IMG/VR virus record: IMGVR_UViG_3300029985_000036 | Coordinates: 1-64,000 of that record | Direction: 5' to 3' (one strand) | Length of the DNA stretch: 64,000 nt | From: a virus | Part shown: one piece after another, positions 1 through 11,137 of the stretch | Layout: every line of letters starts with the position of its first letter | Numbering within the stretch: position 1 is the first letter of the stretch | Program-made: the position numbers and the translations under genes | Notes under the pieces: generated by a model | Told to the model about the DNA's origin: nothing | What the model saw: the letters and a program-made list of their open reading frames with translations, nothing else | Database searches by the model: none

Positions 1-2
1 CC

Positions 3-233
3 TATTATGGCGTTCTACAGCACAATCGCAATACCAAATCTGTTGGGCAGATCATTGCTGCACAGTTGGGTCTACATCGCGCTAACTATGACTTCGCAGT
101 TCCTGCCTCAGTGGGTATTGATTCCAATATCTCTGATATGGGTCTAGAAGCACAGTCACCTATTGATCAAGCGGCATTCCTCTCGCTAGATGATACAGCG
201 GTGAGTGAAGTTGGTTCGACACAGGTAGCATAA
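3..233 (+). CDS. 3' end of a gene cut by the window edge, possibly the tail tube protein
   Basis: Frame 3 is open (YYGVLQHNRNTKSVGQIIAAQLGLHRANYDF...QVA) to TAA at 231-233, followed by a hairpin. The tail-tube call is only a weak recollection of phiKZ-like tube C-termini. Confidence 0.4.
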   Translation, partial: YYGVLQHNRNTKSVGQIIAAQLGLHRANYDFAVPASVGIDSNISDMGLEAQSPIDQAAFLSLDDTAVSEVGSTQVA

Positions 234-247
234 TCTACCTAACGACA

Positions 248-283
248 ATAGAGAGATGATGGCATATGCCATCATCTCTCTAT
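248..283. terminator. 36-bp perfect palindrome between convergent genes (GGCATATGCC core)
   Basis: ATAGAGAGATGATGGCAT|ATGCCATCATCTCTCTAT. Confidence 0.8.
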
Positions 284-297
284 CTACTATCTGTTGT

Positions 298-2799
298 TTA
301 GAAGGGTTGTGCGCCGGGTGATGCAGCAGGGTCTGCTGGCTGTGTTACTTCATCTGTTTTCTTCAAGCCTGCTGCAAGATTAGAGATGTTAAGTCTTGAG
401 TCCATCAAACGTTTGATGAAGACAGGATCTGCTAAATCAGGAATGAGAACATCACGAGAGACACCAATCTTTGTCATGTAATCTCGTACAATTTCAGATG
501 CTACTAGACTGCGAATATGAGCAATTGGATTGTCATCTTTAGAACCAAGATCATTGTCAAACAATGCACCAAGAGCTGTGGTAATAGAACCGATGATGAC
601 ATTAAGTTCTTCAAATTCTGTTTTATTGGGAGCGAGGTTTGGAGCAGGAAGTGTTGCTTTGATATTTTTGATAATATCAATGAATTTCTCTTCAATTGTA
701 TATTTATGATCGGTGGTACCTGATTCTTCTTTTGGAGCATTTTTATTAGGGGCACCAGCAGATAGAATTTTACGAATTGCTTCTTTGAGAGGCTGTGACA
801 TCTGTGTATAGATTTGTACATGTCGAGCAACGTGTTCACATACCGGAACCTGATAAGCAGCAATTCGACGTGAGAAGAATAGATTGTTGGTGGCAACCGA
901 TCGACTGAACTCATTTTCATTCAGTTGATTGTAAGCTGATGGTGGCACATCAAGACCAAGAATCATCATGTTATTGAGATCATCCATCAGACCATCATCA
1001 GGTTTAATATCATTTGATTGATTTGGTTCGGTAGAAACTTCGAAATTCTCAATTCCTGGAATACCCTTAGGAACCACGGTTAATGCACGCTGTGCAATGG
1101 TACGGGTGATTTCCACAGGGTCATACGTGAAGTTGGTCATCCCTTTGTCGATGACCTCTTTCTCCACCATTTGCATATACTGAATGGGATCACCCATTTG
1201 TTCAGTGAAATTAATATTGATCTTTTTACGATTAATCGCACTATTCATCGAGGTCATCACACGACAGATCAAAATCGTGATCTTGAGTGATAGAATGAAT
1301 TTAATATCTTCAATCTTACTCCGACCGGTACCATCTTCATTGTACCGGAAACAGAGATATGACATCAGATCACGAGGAACGAACAACATCTTTGTTTTAC
1401 GTTGAGATAGATATCGAGCAAACATGCACCGATAAATACTAGAAGTGGCACCAATATAGATATTACTGAGACCACTGTTTTTCAACCGGGCTTTAAGATG
1501 TGCTTCAACAATTGTTTGATAAGCACTAGACATCAGTATTGTTTGTTCGTTAGTAGCACGTGTTCCTTTGAGTGCATTATTATCATCGAACCCAAAGGAT
1601 TTATAAAGTGCAGCTGGTGTTCCCTGACGATTGTCATTCAGATCAATAGCAGGACCTTCATCTGTAACTCGTAATGGATTACCAAATTCATCTAGTAGAA
1701 TAAAATAACCAATGTGATCAGATGGAGTACCTGGTGTGAAAATTGGAATGACACATTCCGGTGGCAGTTCAATTACAATCGGATCATCAACTGATTTTTT
1801 AGTTTCTGGATTAACAGTGATAAGGGTAGCTGTCTTATAGACATTCACCATTCTCTGTGTCATCTCAGCCGACTTGGTTACTTTTTTAGCTTTGTCTATT
1901 TTGAGAACATCAGAATTGTCAACAATATTTAATTGTTCCAAAACACCAACAGCAAATTGTTGAATCTTAGAGGTGACCTCTGCCGTTTTCAGCTTGCCAC
2001 GATCATATGAATGTACTACGTCTTTTTTTGGTGTGGTGATCTCTTTGAGATATGTTTCAACTGCCGCTTCAAAAGCAGGTTGGAGAGCTTCAAGCGAAAT
2101 TCTGTCCGTACCAATCGACGATGAATTCTTTTGATCTCCGATACCGAGGATGGTCGCAGATTCAATTCTTGCAATGACATCACCAAGTCCGTCAACAAGA
2201 CCACTTCCTAATGCTTCACTACCATTGTACATTTTGGTTTTAGATAGAATTGCAGTGGGGTCATTGATAATTGTATCAATTTCAGTTACTGGAAGTACTA
2301 GAATGGGCATCGCTCCTGCACCATAAAGACCCTCATGAATCCAATTGGGTAATTTGGTGGAGAGTTTCATCGTGCCATTAAAATGGGCTTCAAGTAGTTC
2401 TGTAACTCTCTTATTTTCATCTTCAGTAACAAGTGGCGATGTGGATGTAATTGCAATTTGACCATCCCTCATATCTGAAGGAGACATGATTGAAGGAATA
2501 ACAATTTCTTTAGCTGTTTTAACTTCAGGTGCCAGTGCCTCAATGGCTTTTGCATCTAAGCGTTTTGCTGCAATCTGTCGTGCCATCGGTTGAATATATT
2601 TAGAATATGCATTACCGTTCTGGCGAACAGGACCTTGTGTTGCTGTAACAATTCGAGCAATTAAGGTATCGCGTTCACGAGAGCTAATTGATTGTTCTGC
2701 ATCAGTTCCAAGAGTTGATGGCGTAATAGGTGTTGTCTCACCAACAATCCCTCGCAGAATTGAGAGAAGTCGTCCTGGTGCACGGGGTTTCTTAGCCAA
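298..2799 (-). CDS. Portal protein (phiKZ gp129-like)
   Basis: Motifs LPPECVIPIFTPGTPSDHIGYFILLDEFGNPL and GTGRSKIEDIK, size about 830 aa, divergent from gp128/127-like genes. Start moved to TTG at 2799, which has GGAG upstream. Confidence 0.7.
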   Translation of the reverse strand: MAKKPRAPGRLLSILRGIVGETTPITPSTLGTDAEQSISSRERDTLIARIVTATQGPVRQNGNAYSKYIQPMARQIAAKRLDAKAIEALAPEVKTAKEIVIPSIMSPSDMRDGQIAITSTSPLVTEDENKRVTELLEAHFNGTMKLSTKLPNWIHEGLYGAGAMPILVLPVTEIDTIINDPTAILSKTKMYNGSEALGSGLVDGLGDVIARIESATILGIGDQKNSSSIGTDRISLEALQPAFEAAVETYLKEITTPKKDVVHSYDRGKLKTAEVTSKIQQFAVGVLEQLNIVDNSDVLKIDKAKKVTKSAEMTQRMVNVYKTATLITVNPETKKSVDDPIVIELPPECVIPIFTPGTPSDHIGYFILLDEFGNPLRVTDEGPAIDLNDNRQGTPAALYKSFGFDDNNALKGTRATNEQTILMSSAYQTIVEAHLKARLKNSGLSNIYIGATSSIYRCMFARYLSQRKTKMLFVPRDLMSYLCFRYNEDGTGRSKIEDIKFILSLKITILICRVMTSMNSAINRKKININFTEQMGDPIQYMQMVEKEVIDKGMTNFTYDPVEITRTIAQRALTVVPKGIPGIENFEVSTEPNQSNDIKPDDGLMDDLNNMMILGLDVPPSAYNQLNENEFSRSVATNNLFFSRRIAAYQVPVCEHVARHVQIYTQMSQPLKEAIRKILSAGAPNKNAPKEESGTTDHKYTIEEKFIDIIKNIKATLPAPNLAPNKTEFEELNVIIGSITTALGALFDNDLGSKDDNPIAHIRSLVASEIVRDYMTKIGVSRDVLIPDLADPVFIKRLMDSRLNISNLAAGLKKTDEVTQPADPAASPGAQPF

Positions 2800-2884
2800 A
2801 GTGATTACTCCAATACAAAAAATATAGTCCAACACAAACGAAGATGGGAACATTTTCCCAATCAGATGAGGCTAGGAGGTTAGC

Positions 2885-5107
2885 TTGTCAGCAAATCTAC
2901 AACTCTATGAACAGAGTGTTATTCAATTTCTACAGAGTTGCACTATTGTGTTCTCTCCACTTGCCAATCAGATCAACAACAACCTTCTGGCACAGGGTAT
3001 TGAAATTGATCAAACACAACCTGATACTTGGAAGTATTATCTGAATCTATCAGGTCAATATTTTATTGGTCCGAATTCATCTGCTCCTGTTGATACGATG
3101 ATGACAATTTTGTCACTCGATACTAAACAGCCGATGAACTATACGGTAGCCAATTTGGCCATCAGTCCTAAAACAACTGCTGCTTATGTCATCGGTTCGT
3201 CGTATTATACTGCATTGTGTCAGACCTATCCTACCCAAACAGACTTAATCAAATCCATAAGATATCCGGTTGACCTTAATACGGCCTTAGATGCTTCTGA
3301 TTTTACCCTTGTAGGCTGGGGTGATGGATATCTTGAATCCACTGAACAAGAAGCCATTCTCTATGAATTGAATATCTTTTTAACATATGCAACTACAAGA
3401 TGGTATTTTTCATTTTTAAATTATGAAGTTTATTATGCTTGGGCATTTTGGGCTTGTTTGTGGCAGTCACTACCGAATGCAATTTTTGCAGCCAGGTTAA
3501 AATATCTTCATACGGCCTCTGCACATTCTTTTCATATTTGGTCATATTTACAGAGTCGTGGTATCGGTGATTATTCAGACATCTTGACGAGTCAACAAGC
3601 TCTGTTTTTGTATCGTAATCTGAACTATCTGATTCAGAACAAAGGTAAACAATCAACTCTGGTTCTGTTGGTTAACGAACTTCTTGATTCTGTCAATGTT
3701 GGATTGGTTGGTAAAACTATTTACATGAATACAGCAACCAATGCTGATATTTGTGCATGGACTCCTGAATTTGTTTCAACAATTGTTCCGACCAACAATG
3801 CTCAGAGTTTGGAACTTGTTGCTCCAGAATCAATGACAATGATCAACACTGAGTTGGTTTCAGCGGGCCTTGATAATAACAGTACAACTGCCTATATTGC
3901 AGCACAGCAGACACAAATTGGACTAACACCACTGAATATTCTCCCCACTAAATTGGTGGAGATTCAGAAAGTTGGTGTCGATCAGAAATATGGATCTTTA
4001 CTAAATACCTTCATCCTAGATACTTTGGTATGGGCCATTACCTCTGGATTATATACACCAAGTATTGTAATAACAGATCCAACAACCAACATCACGTTGT
4101 CACTTTCTGGTAAAGATGCATTGGCTCTTTATTATTATGCGGTTCATCGCAGTGGTCATGAACAGCCTGTAAATCTGCCAAGTGTTTATTCTCCAACCTG
4201 TGCCTTTCTTCCGAATATCACAGCAGCATCTTTTCCAAAGATGTTTTCCTATAATGGGAAAACATATCCTACCCAATCATATCTTTCAATTGATGCATTA
4301 GTAGCTGGTCTCGGGTATCCACCTATTCCAACTGCTGATCCAGAAACATTCGCAACAATGGTTGCTGATTTGTTTTTAGTATTAATAAAACATGTACGGT
4401 ATTCTCGGACTGAAGATAATAAAATTGCACTTGAGATGTTTCTGCACTATTGCAAAACAATTATGCTTCAGACAACACCGTATAATATCTCATTGACAAC
4501 GGCTTCTAATTATACGACATGGGCAGCTATGCCTAATGTACATGCAACATCTTTGTTTACACAGTTGGAGGCTCAGAGTGATTATGTAGATGCCTACATA
4601 GCTCTGGCAACAACAATCATGTCTTCTTTACTACCAGAAGACAATCCTATCTATACATTCTTTGCTTATACCACAGCATCAACGGATAATCTGTATGATC
4701 GTCTACGATCTCTGTTTGTACAGCTGTGTAGCTACAATATCTGTTTTCTTGATACCAATCGGGTTAATGCCTGGTGGTTTCTCAATGACAAAGTTATTTA
4801 TGAGATTGCGAGTTCAACTCATTCTCAATCACTAGCCATTACTGTAGTTACTGATGCAGAAATGGGAGTACAAACCGATGTTCTTTCCATTCCTGGTATT
4901 GAGTTGTCATCCGAGATTGCTCTTGGATCTATTGATATTGTTCCTATTATAATTTCAGAACAAGATACAGTGTCAATTTCTACTATAGATACATGTAAGA
5001 TTGAAGTTCCTCTAACTGTGATGGATACAAAACCGTATATCACAGATACTATACATATTGCATTCCACACCGGTCTCGGTGCAACCGTTATTGCCCCAAC
5101 GTCTTAA
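2885..5107 (+). CDS. Virion structural/baseplate protein (phiKZ gp128-like)
   Basis: TWKYYLNLSGQY and QALFLYRNLNYL motifs typical of this phiKZ-like family. AGGAGG precedes the TTG start. Confidence 0.65.
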   Translation: MSANLQLYEQSVIQFLQSCTIVFSPLANQINNNLLAQGIEIDQTQPDTWKYYLNLSGQYFIGPNSSAPVDTMMTILSLDTKQPMNYTVANLAISPKTTAAYVIGSSYYTALCQTYPTQTDLIKSIRYPVDLNTALDASDFTLVGWGDGYLESTEQEAILYELNIFLTYATTRWYFSFLNYEVYYAWAFWACLWQSLPNAIFAARLKYLHTASAHSFHIWSYLQSRGIGDYSDILTSQQALFLYRNLNYLIQNKGKQSTLVLLVNELLDSVNVGLVGKTIYMNTATNADICAWTPEFVSTIVPTNNAQSLELVAPESMTMINTELVSAGLDNNSTTAYIAAQQTQIGLTPLNILPTKLVEIQKVGVDQKYGSLLNTFILDTLVWAITSGLYTPSIVITDPTTNITLSLSGKDALALYYYAVHRSGHEQPVNLPSVYSPTCAFLPNITAASFPKMFSYNGKTYPTQSYLSIDALVAGLGYPPIPTADPETFATMVADLFLVLIKHVRYSRTEDNKIALEMFLHYCKTIMLQTTPYNISLTTASNYTTWAAMPNVHATSLFTQLEAQSDYVDAYIALATTIMSSLLPEDNPIYTFFAYTTASTDNLYDRLRSLFVQLCSYNICFLDTNRVNAWWFLNDKVIYEIASSTHSQSLAITVVTDAEMGVQTDVLSIPGIELSSEIALGSIDIVPIIISEQDTVSISTIDTCKIEVPLTVMDTKPYITDTIHIAFHTGLGATVIAPTS

Positions 5108-5122
5108 GGAGATTGCTTAATT

Positions 5123-5950
5123 ATGACGACCACCACAACTTCAATTACTCCGATCTCACAGATCGGTAAGACGATTCTTGGTATTACCCGAGAATTGTAT
5201 GCATATTCAGGGTTGAATCCAGTCTATGACTTGGCTTCATCGCTTAATGCCAAATATCAAATTGGTCAGACACTGGCACCAACGGCATTGCCTGCGATTG
5301 GTTACTTTGGTATCGGGATCGGGGGTTGTTACAATGTTGATAGTGGCAATCTGTCGCAACCATATCCTGTGTTGACAACCAACATGGATCTCTATACACC
5401 GATTCCCTTCCGGTGTGTTCCGATTGAACAGGATCTTACGCCACTTGAACGTGCTTCCTATCGGATGCGAGTCCAAAAGACTATCAATGGATCAGCATAT
5501 TTTCTCTACTATCTTAAGACAATTACCTACAACCAGACAACTGTGCAGCTGAAAGAAACTAATCCCGTTACTGCACTGCAATCTCCTTACACACTGGACT
5601 ATACCAACCTCAATCCAACCCAGCCAACAGTTAGTACCTCGGGAACCATTACGTCAACTGCTACGGAGGTGAATGCCTCAGTTACTAGCACCTTGTTGTT
5701 AACTGGTGCAGAAGTGACTGAAGTCATCAATGTTCTTTATGCGGGTGATTTACGGTATGCTAAGATCAGTGAGATTGGTCTTTATTCAGGACAAGATCAA
5801 TCATTCACTAATGGTAGTGTTACCTACACTGAAGCAATGCTTGCACAATTGAATATGCAATACACAGGACTGGGGGATAATTATAGCAATCCAGCCAGAA
5901 GTTCTTCATATCAGATAGTCCAAGGATCAGGCGCATTGCTTCTAATTTGA
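5123..5950 (+). CDS. Virion structural/baseplate protein (phiKZ gp127-like)
   Basis: YFGIGIGG, LYTPIPFR, YYLK and ISEIGLYSG motifs. AGGAG RBS. Confidence 0.65.
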   Translation: MTTTTTSITPISQIGKTILGITRELYAYSGLNPVYDLASSLNAKYQIGQTLAPTALPAIGYFGIGIGGCYNVDSGNLSQPYPVLTTNMDLYTPIPFRCVPIEQDLTPLERASYRMRVQKTINGSAYFLYYLKTITYNQTTVQLKETNPVTALQSPYTLDYTNLNPTQPTVSTSGTITSTATEVNASVTSTLLLTGAEVTEVINVLYAGDLRYAKISEIGLYSGQDQSFTNGSVTYTEAMLAQLNMQYTGLGDNYSNPARSSSYQIVQGSGALLLI

Positions 5951-5968
5951 AGTAAAAATAATAGGTTA

Positions 5969-5999
5969 AGTGATGGTGTTCCTCAGGAACACCATCACT
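5969..5999. terminator. Palindromic hairpin between convergent genes
   Basis: AGTGATGGTGTTCCT-C-AGGAACACCATCACT. Confidence 0.75.
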
Positions 6000-6012
6000 G
6001 CCTAACATTATT

Positions 6013-6327
6013 CTAGAAAGTTAGTGGATGTATTTTTCGAAATGGAGATAGAATACTATCGCCCCCAATGGGAGCACCGGCTTCGGGTACATATATAGAA
6101 TCTTTATAATCTGTTAGGGATTCTACTTCATCACACATAATGTAAGTCAATAACAATTCATGTGCCTGATTAGCTTTCATGGGATCGACCAGTAGAGATT
6201 GCTCGAGTGTAGAATCAAAATAGTGGAGTAATATCAGAACATCAGACAACATCAAGCATATATCGTCTTGCTCACCCTCGGCAATAAGCTTTTGTATTTT
6301 AAGTTTATTCATTACTGGTGTCTTCAT
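6013..6327 (-). CDS. Hypothetical protein
   Basis: 104-aa ORF, AGGA RBS, overlaps the upstream ORF. Confidence 0.55.
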   Translation of the reverse strand: MKTPVMNKLKIQKLIAEGEQDDICLMLSDVLILLHYFDSTLEQSLLVDPMKANQAHELLLTYIMCDEVESLTDYKDSIYVPEAGAPIGGDSILSPFRKIHPLTF

Positions 6328-6640
6328 ATGTTCCTAAATGACAGTCTCCATTCAATTCGAATCTAATAGAAATTTTACCATGGATTTTGTAGACACTGTT
6401 ATTCCAACGTTTATATGCAGCTTCTCTAATTTCCATGTATTGATTATCAAGTTTTTGAGAATTTATATAATCTCCATTAGCCCGAAATAATTCGCTTTTA
6501 ATATGACGTTCGTGAGCTATTGCTCTGAATTTTAGATATATTTTCCAGGAGGCATTTAGATCCATGACAATTTCCTTTATTATAATGTTAGTTTGACTCA
6601 CCTTTTCATAGGGGTATTCTCTGATAATTTGGTAGAACAA
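6305..6640 (-). CDS. Hypothetical protein
   Basis: 111-aa ORF. The real start may be the internal Met (MDLNAS), which follows AAGGA. Confidence 0.5.
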   Translation of the reverse strand: MFYQIIREYPYEKVSQTNIIIKEIVMDLNASWKIYLKFRAIAHERHIKSELFRANGDYINSQKLDNQYMEIREAAYKRWNNSVYKIHGKISIRFELNGDCHLGTYEDTSNE

Positions 6641-6674
6641 CTAACCTCAGTATAGTGTGAGAACTAAAAACTGA

Positions 6675-6708
6675 ACAAGGGACAGGGCTTTCGCCCCATC
6701 TCCTGTTA
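6675..6708 (-). terminator. Probable terminator hairpin
   Basis: Imperfect GC-rich stem (GGGC-TTTC-GCCC core) just downstream of the 495-aa gene, with a minus-strand T-run beyond it. Confidence 0.5.
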
Positions 6709-6720
6709 CAATTTCAAGAA

Positions 6721-8208
6721 TTATGCAAGAAGGAGAAGATCGTGATCAAGTGATCGGCCGATGCTGATCACATCATACGTCTGCACACCATTCACATGTT
6801 GCATACAGACGACACGTTCCACATCACCACGTTTTGGATATTCCAACTTGTTAATCAGTGCCGTTCCAACAGAATTGATGGTATGCAACAACACTTGTTC
6901 TGCAGAACGGAGACTCTTTACTCGAGACACTAACCGAGCATCAAGTGCATTGGTGAGAATAGCAGCTCGAGAGATCCGGATCACGGTATTCTTCGCCATC
7001 ATCTTGTCAATGAAAGCTCGTCGATCAATCGCTTCCTTGAAAACCCCATAGTCATATTTACTATGGCCATTCTCGTAGTAATTCACGGCATTGCAACTAA
7101 TGAAGTCACCAAAGTTTTCATCCTCGGGACCAATTCGATTGTCGGGATTGAAGAGAGCCTCGATTGCCGTATTGACAATGTTGTTGAATGTTGACCAATA
7201 TTCCTTATGTTTGACCACAGAGAAATCTGCGTTGCGATCATCCAACGTGACAAGATCTTCAACACTCTCAATGCCCGTGATGCTAACACCAGGTTGAGTT
7301 GCTCGAAGTTTGCGATAAATCAGGTCATTTAGCAATCGGCATAGAACCCGATTCATAATGTCCCACTCGCCCTTCGTTCGAGCATTCAGCACCTGCATTG
7401 CAGCACGCCAGTTGTTATGGGCAAACGCTTCCCATACTGCATCAGCAACTGTAGAAAATTCAACAAAGCCGACTGGCACATGAAACAATTCACTATAGAA
7501 GATCACATCAGCAAAAGTACCACGGATCACTTCTTGTGGTGCATTGCAGAACACCAGTCGTCCTGCATCAATTGCAGTATTTTGTGTTGTTCGTACTGTA
7601 ACTTCAGCTGTCAACATTCGTGCGTTATCATATTCGCCTGTGGCATATTCTGAGATCTTCAGAATGCCATTAACAGGTTGTTGAAATTCGGCATTTGATG
7701 CTTTGTACAGCTCAAACATGACGGGGGTTCCAAGTTCATAGTCAGTTGACTGTCCTGGTACTTGTGCCTGTGGAATAGAAAAGTTAACTGGGGCTGAAAA
7801 GACCGGAGGAGGTTGTTGAGTGCCAACAGGAGTGCTATCATAGATACCGTTGGTGGGACTCATCACATGTGAGGATCCATAACCCTGTTGTCCACCATAT
7901 TGCGGATTAGGTTGTCCGTATCCTTGTTGTCCCTGAAGTGAACGGGCCACATGATCCAATGCTCGAACTGTCCAGGGTCGCAAGAGGCCAAAGAGATTCT
8001 CCTGGGAGATACCATTTCTCCAGGTATTATTGGTTTGACTGTCTAGGGTTTGAATCAGATCAGATAGAAGAGGAGAACCTGAGGGATTGAACAGATTGCT
8101 CATGAGAGCTTGGTAGACTTGTGGGGATTGTGCACTCGTGTTACTGCGATCCACCAATGCCTTCACAGCATTACGTGCAATCTCAATGAAATAGACTGTA
8201 TTGGACAT
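6721..8208 (-). CDS. Conserved jumbo-phage hypothetical protein downstream of the nvRNAP beta gene
   Basis: 495-aa ORF, GGAG RBS, Q/G/P/Y-rich low-complexity segment near the N-terminus. Confidence 0.7.
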   Translation of the reverse strand: MSNTVYFIEIARNAVKALVDRSNTSAQSPQVYQALMSNLFNPSGSPLLSDLIQTLDSQTNNTWRNGISQENLFGLLRPWTVRALDHVARSLQGQQGYGQPNPQYGGQQGYGSSHVMSPTNGIYDSTPVGTQQPPPVFSAPVNFSIPQAQVPGQSTDYELGTPVMFELYKASNAEFQQPVNGILKISEYATGEYDNARMLTAEVTVRTTQNTAIDAGRLVFCNAPQEVIRGTFADVIFYSELFHVPVGFVEFSTVADAVWEAFAHNNWRAAMQVLNARTKGEWDIMNRVLCRLLNDLIYRKLRATQPGVSITGIESVEDLVTLDDRNADFSVVKHKEYWSTFNNIVNTAIEALFNPDNRIGPEDENFGDFISCNAVNYYENGHSKYDYGVFKEAIDRRAFIDKMMAKNTVIRISRAAILTNALDARLVSRVKSLRSAEQVLLHTINSVGTALINKLEYPKRGDVERVVCMQHVNGVQTYDVISIGRSLDHDLLLLA

Positions 8209-8233
8209 GATAAGACTCCATAGATATCAGGAA

Positions 8234-9805
8234 TTATGGCAGATACTTTTTGAGTTCATCAATCTCGTCAGCATAATCAGATCGAATTACACCACCTGTT
8301 GATGAAATCTGAAGATAGGGATTGATAGATCCAGCTGCACCAGGATTCGTCTTAGAGAAAGCGATCACCGATTCAACAACCAAGATACTTGGATCAAACT
8401 GATGATCTGGTGATCCAATAACCTTTCCTGATTTTGATTGGCTGCTCTGACGCATCTTCGGAATCAACCATCCGACCATGGCATTATCCCCATAGGCAGG
8501 AGGACTTTTCTGCACGATCTTACTGTCATAGATTCGAGTAATCAAATCATCACGAATTCGAAGAATCCGTTGAATTTCCTTTTCATTCAGTTTGCGTGGA
8601 TCGATATCAGTGCCACCCAGACGACGCACAGCATCGTACCAGGAAAGATAGACAGATTTGACAATGGTTTCAACCAAAAGTTCTTCGAGATAATCTACCC
8701 GAGAAGCATAGAGATTTGTATGTGAAATACGAGCAAGTTGTTCTATCTCGCAGAAGACATACTTAAGCAACTCGTAGATGTTTGTGACGTTGATACCATA
8801 ACTTTGCAATCGAGCTTGTGTGATGGGATCGAGATACGTGTCGACACTGGAAATGTGTGTGTCGATTTTGTTCTTGTTCTGGACTTCATTCGTAACATTG
8901 CTGTAGATAATTTTCCCGAGCAAGATACGGTAGACTGTGCCAGAGGGATCATAAAGATTCTCCACGGTATGCTTATTAAAACCAGTGAGGGTATAAAGAA
9001 TACTGGCTACAAGTTTGACAATAGTAGGATCGACAAGTTTATCTTTTCGGATCTTAAGGAACAGATCCATTGGTGGGTTTTTCTTTGCTGTTTTATTCCC
9101 TGATGATTTAGCAGCAAAATATCGAAAGGTGTCGACATCACTTCCAATCTCAGTGACGAAGACACAATCTTCTGGTGTCAATTCAAACTGAGCAAGAGTT
9201 TCTACAAATCCAAATTTGCAGAGAAGATAATGGATGATAGTTTCAGTAGGCAGTCTAGAAGACTTTGTACGCTTGCGATTATAGATCGTTGTTGTTGGAA
9301 TTAACTCATTGCTGGACCAGGCATCAGACAACGATTCTAGACGGAATGGTTTGTTGATATAGAAGGGAATCGGTTGACGGATTACCTTCATGGTAACCCC
9401 TTGGGAAATCCGAGAGAATGCCTGTTCTTTGATCGATCTCTGTAACACATACGTGGTATCTTCAATCAATACCACATCATTCCGAAGATACGGAATATAA
9501 AGTGGCACTGGCCATTCTCGACCATCCCATGCGAAAACATATTCAACCAATAACAGATCAGAACTGGTGATTCGACAACCACTTCGAGCTTTGAGTTCAT
9601 ACTCAGCCCGACGTTCTGGTGTCATTGTTCGATAGTGAAGATATGTAATTTTTCCTCCAAAGAGTTTGATTGCTTCTCGAAACATGGTGTCAACAAAAGC
9701 TGCAGCACCAGCGAGCTGTTCTGCCATAAACCCACGCAACAAATAGTCATTGTATCGGGGTACTTTTGTATCAAGAGCATCAAGAATCTTTTTTAATTGT
9801 TGCAT
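8234..9805 (-). CDS. Non-virion RNA polymerase beta subunit, N-terminal part (phiKZ gp123-like)
   Basis: Collinear with remembered gp123 motifs: VPRYN, TPERRAE, HYLLCKFG, YRILLGKII, INVTNIYELL, NPGAAGSINPY. 523 aa. Confidence 0.85.
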   Translation of the reverse strand: MQQLKKILDALDTKVPRYNDYLLRGFMAEQLAGAAAFVDTMFREAIKLFGGKITYLHYRTMTPERRAEYELKARSGCRITSSDLLLVEYVFAWDGREWPVPLYIPYLRNDVVLIEDTTYVLQRSIKEQAFSRISQGVTMKVIRQPIPFYINKPFRLESLSDAWSSNELIPTTTIYNRKRTKSSRLPTETIIHYLLCKFGFVETLAQFELTPEDCVFVTEIGSDVDTFRYFAAKSSGNKTAKKNPPMDLFLKIRKDKLVDPTIVKLVASILYTLTGFNKHTVENLYDPSGTVYRILLGKIIYSNVTNEVQNKNKIDTHISSVDTYLDPITQARLQSYGINVTNIYELLKYVFCEIEQLARISHTNLYASRVDYLEELLVETIVKSVYLSWYDAVRRLGGTDIDPRKLNEKEIQRILRIRDDLITRIYDSKIVQKSPPAYGDNAMVGWLIPKMRQSSQSKSGKVIGSPDHQFDPSILVVESVIAFSKTNPGAAGSINPYLQISSTGGVIRSDYADEIDELKKYLP

Positions 9806-9821
9806 ACTGTTAGTCCTTGTT

Positions 9822-10982
9822 CTAGGCGGTTTTAGCAGCTTTTATTATTTTGTAAATTCCGATACCGAGCGGAAGTACAACTGCAACCGTCTTTGCAACG
9901 ATACCAAGTGTGGTAATCAACTCCTTATGGAATTTCATTCGTTCTCCCGTTATAGCCAGAACTGATTCTTTTTCAGCTTGTTGTAGTTTGATCTTTTCCA
10001 CTTCTAGTTTCTGTTGTGCAAGGTCAGCAGCACGATCGTGATAATCACCACTGACCAATGCATTATATTTAGATTCAAGTGCCTTAAACCGTTGAGTGAG
10101 TTCTTTCTTTTCTTCTATTAAGGCATTGATTTTAGCAGTGTCTTCCAAGCGTGCTTGTTTAAGCATACTACCAACTGCTCCGGCTTCGATCATATCTGGC
10201 TTTTGGTTCTTTTCAATCTCCAAAACATTTACCAACCAAGCACGACTTGTTGACATTCGCAATCCACCAAGTGTCCATACCCGAGGATCTTGTGTCAACA
10301 ATTCAGTGAAGGTTGAACGATATCGTGTAAACTCATCTGGCGAATGTTCTTTGTCTCGAAAGGCCAGAAGAACATCGTCGGGTTCATCCACGATATGTGT
10401 GACACGTACAGCACAGATACGACCTTCAACCACAACAAATAATGAATTGATTTTATTGGTAGGATCGTTTGCAACCAATACAAAAGGAGTATCGGCTCTT
10501 CCTTTATTCACTTCAAGACGAATCTGTTGAACCCGTTCTACAATCGCTTCTTTTGAATGTGGATGCTTAGCAAATGGGATCTGGTCATAGAAGCATAAGA
10601 CTGCATTAATCTCTTCTACAAAATGGGGAGATTCTCGTAGATCCTCATAGGTAATCCGCATGCTCTTATGGTTGGTCGGGGTGTTCTCAATACCCATTGA
10701 ATTAAATGTACGTTTTATAGATTGTTGTCCAAGACAAGCACGACTGCGAATTTCAACATATCGATTGTGGTGTGATAGATGTCCTGAATTTTGTTCAATT
10801 AATACTGGTCGATTATCATATCCGATGGCATATAACTTGTCGCACAGATTGTTAACGATGATGATTTCGTTATAGAAACTACCTCTATTATGGGGCAATG
10901 CGCCAGATGAAAATGAATCGATTTCTCTTACAACCGTGCAGGATTGCTCGGCGATGATCATGTTACAGAGCTCCTCCAACAA
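9822..10982 (-). CDS. Hypothetical protein with C-terminal coiled coil and membrane anchor
   Basis: 386 aa, charged heptad region followed by a hydrophobic tail (LGIVAKTVAVVLPLGIGIY). Lies upstream of the nvRNAP beta gene. Confidence 0.7.
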   Translation of the reverse strand: MLEELCNMIIAEQSCTVVREIDSFSSGALPHNRGSFYNEIIIVNNLCDKLYAIGYDNRPVLIEQNSGHLSHHNRYVEIRSRACLGQQSIKRTFNSMGIENTPTNHKSMRITYEDLRESPHFVEEINAVLCFYDQIPFAKHPHSKEAIVERVQQIRLEVNKGRADTPFVLVANDPTNKINSLFVVVEGRICAVRVTHIVDEPDDVLLAFRDKEHSPDEFTRYRSTFTELLTQDPRVWTLGGLRMSTSRAWLVNVLEIEKNQKPDMIEAGAVGSMLKQARLEDTAKINALIEEKKELTQRFKALESKYNALVSGDYHDRAADLAQQKLEVEKIKLQQAEKESVLAITGERMKFHKELITTLGIVAKTVAVVLPLGIGIYKIIKAAKTA

Positions 10983-11006
10983 GATTATAGCTACAACTCA
11001 AAGGAA

Positions 11007-11032
11007 TAATATATATTCATTATTCCGACGAA
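11007..11032 (-). promoter_or_regulatory. Bipartite phage promoter-like motif
   Basis: Minus strand TTCG-N12-ATATATATTA, about 25 nt upstream of the 386-aa gene. Confidence 0.6.
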
Positions 11033-11137
11033 TTGTTGACTTGTTAGAGAAACTTTTAGTCAAAGGACACCATGAGTATAAGATCGTAATTCAAAGTAGT
11101 GAATAACCTAGGAATGTAGTAAAAAAATATAGAGACG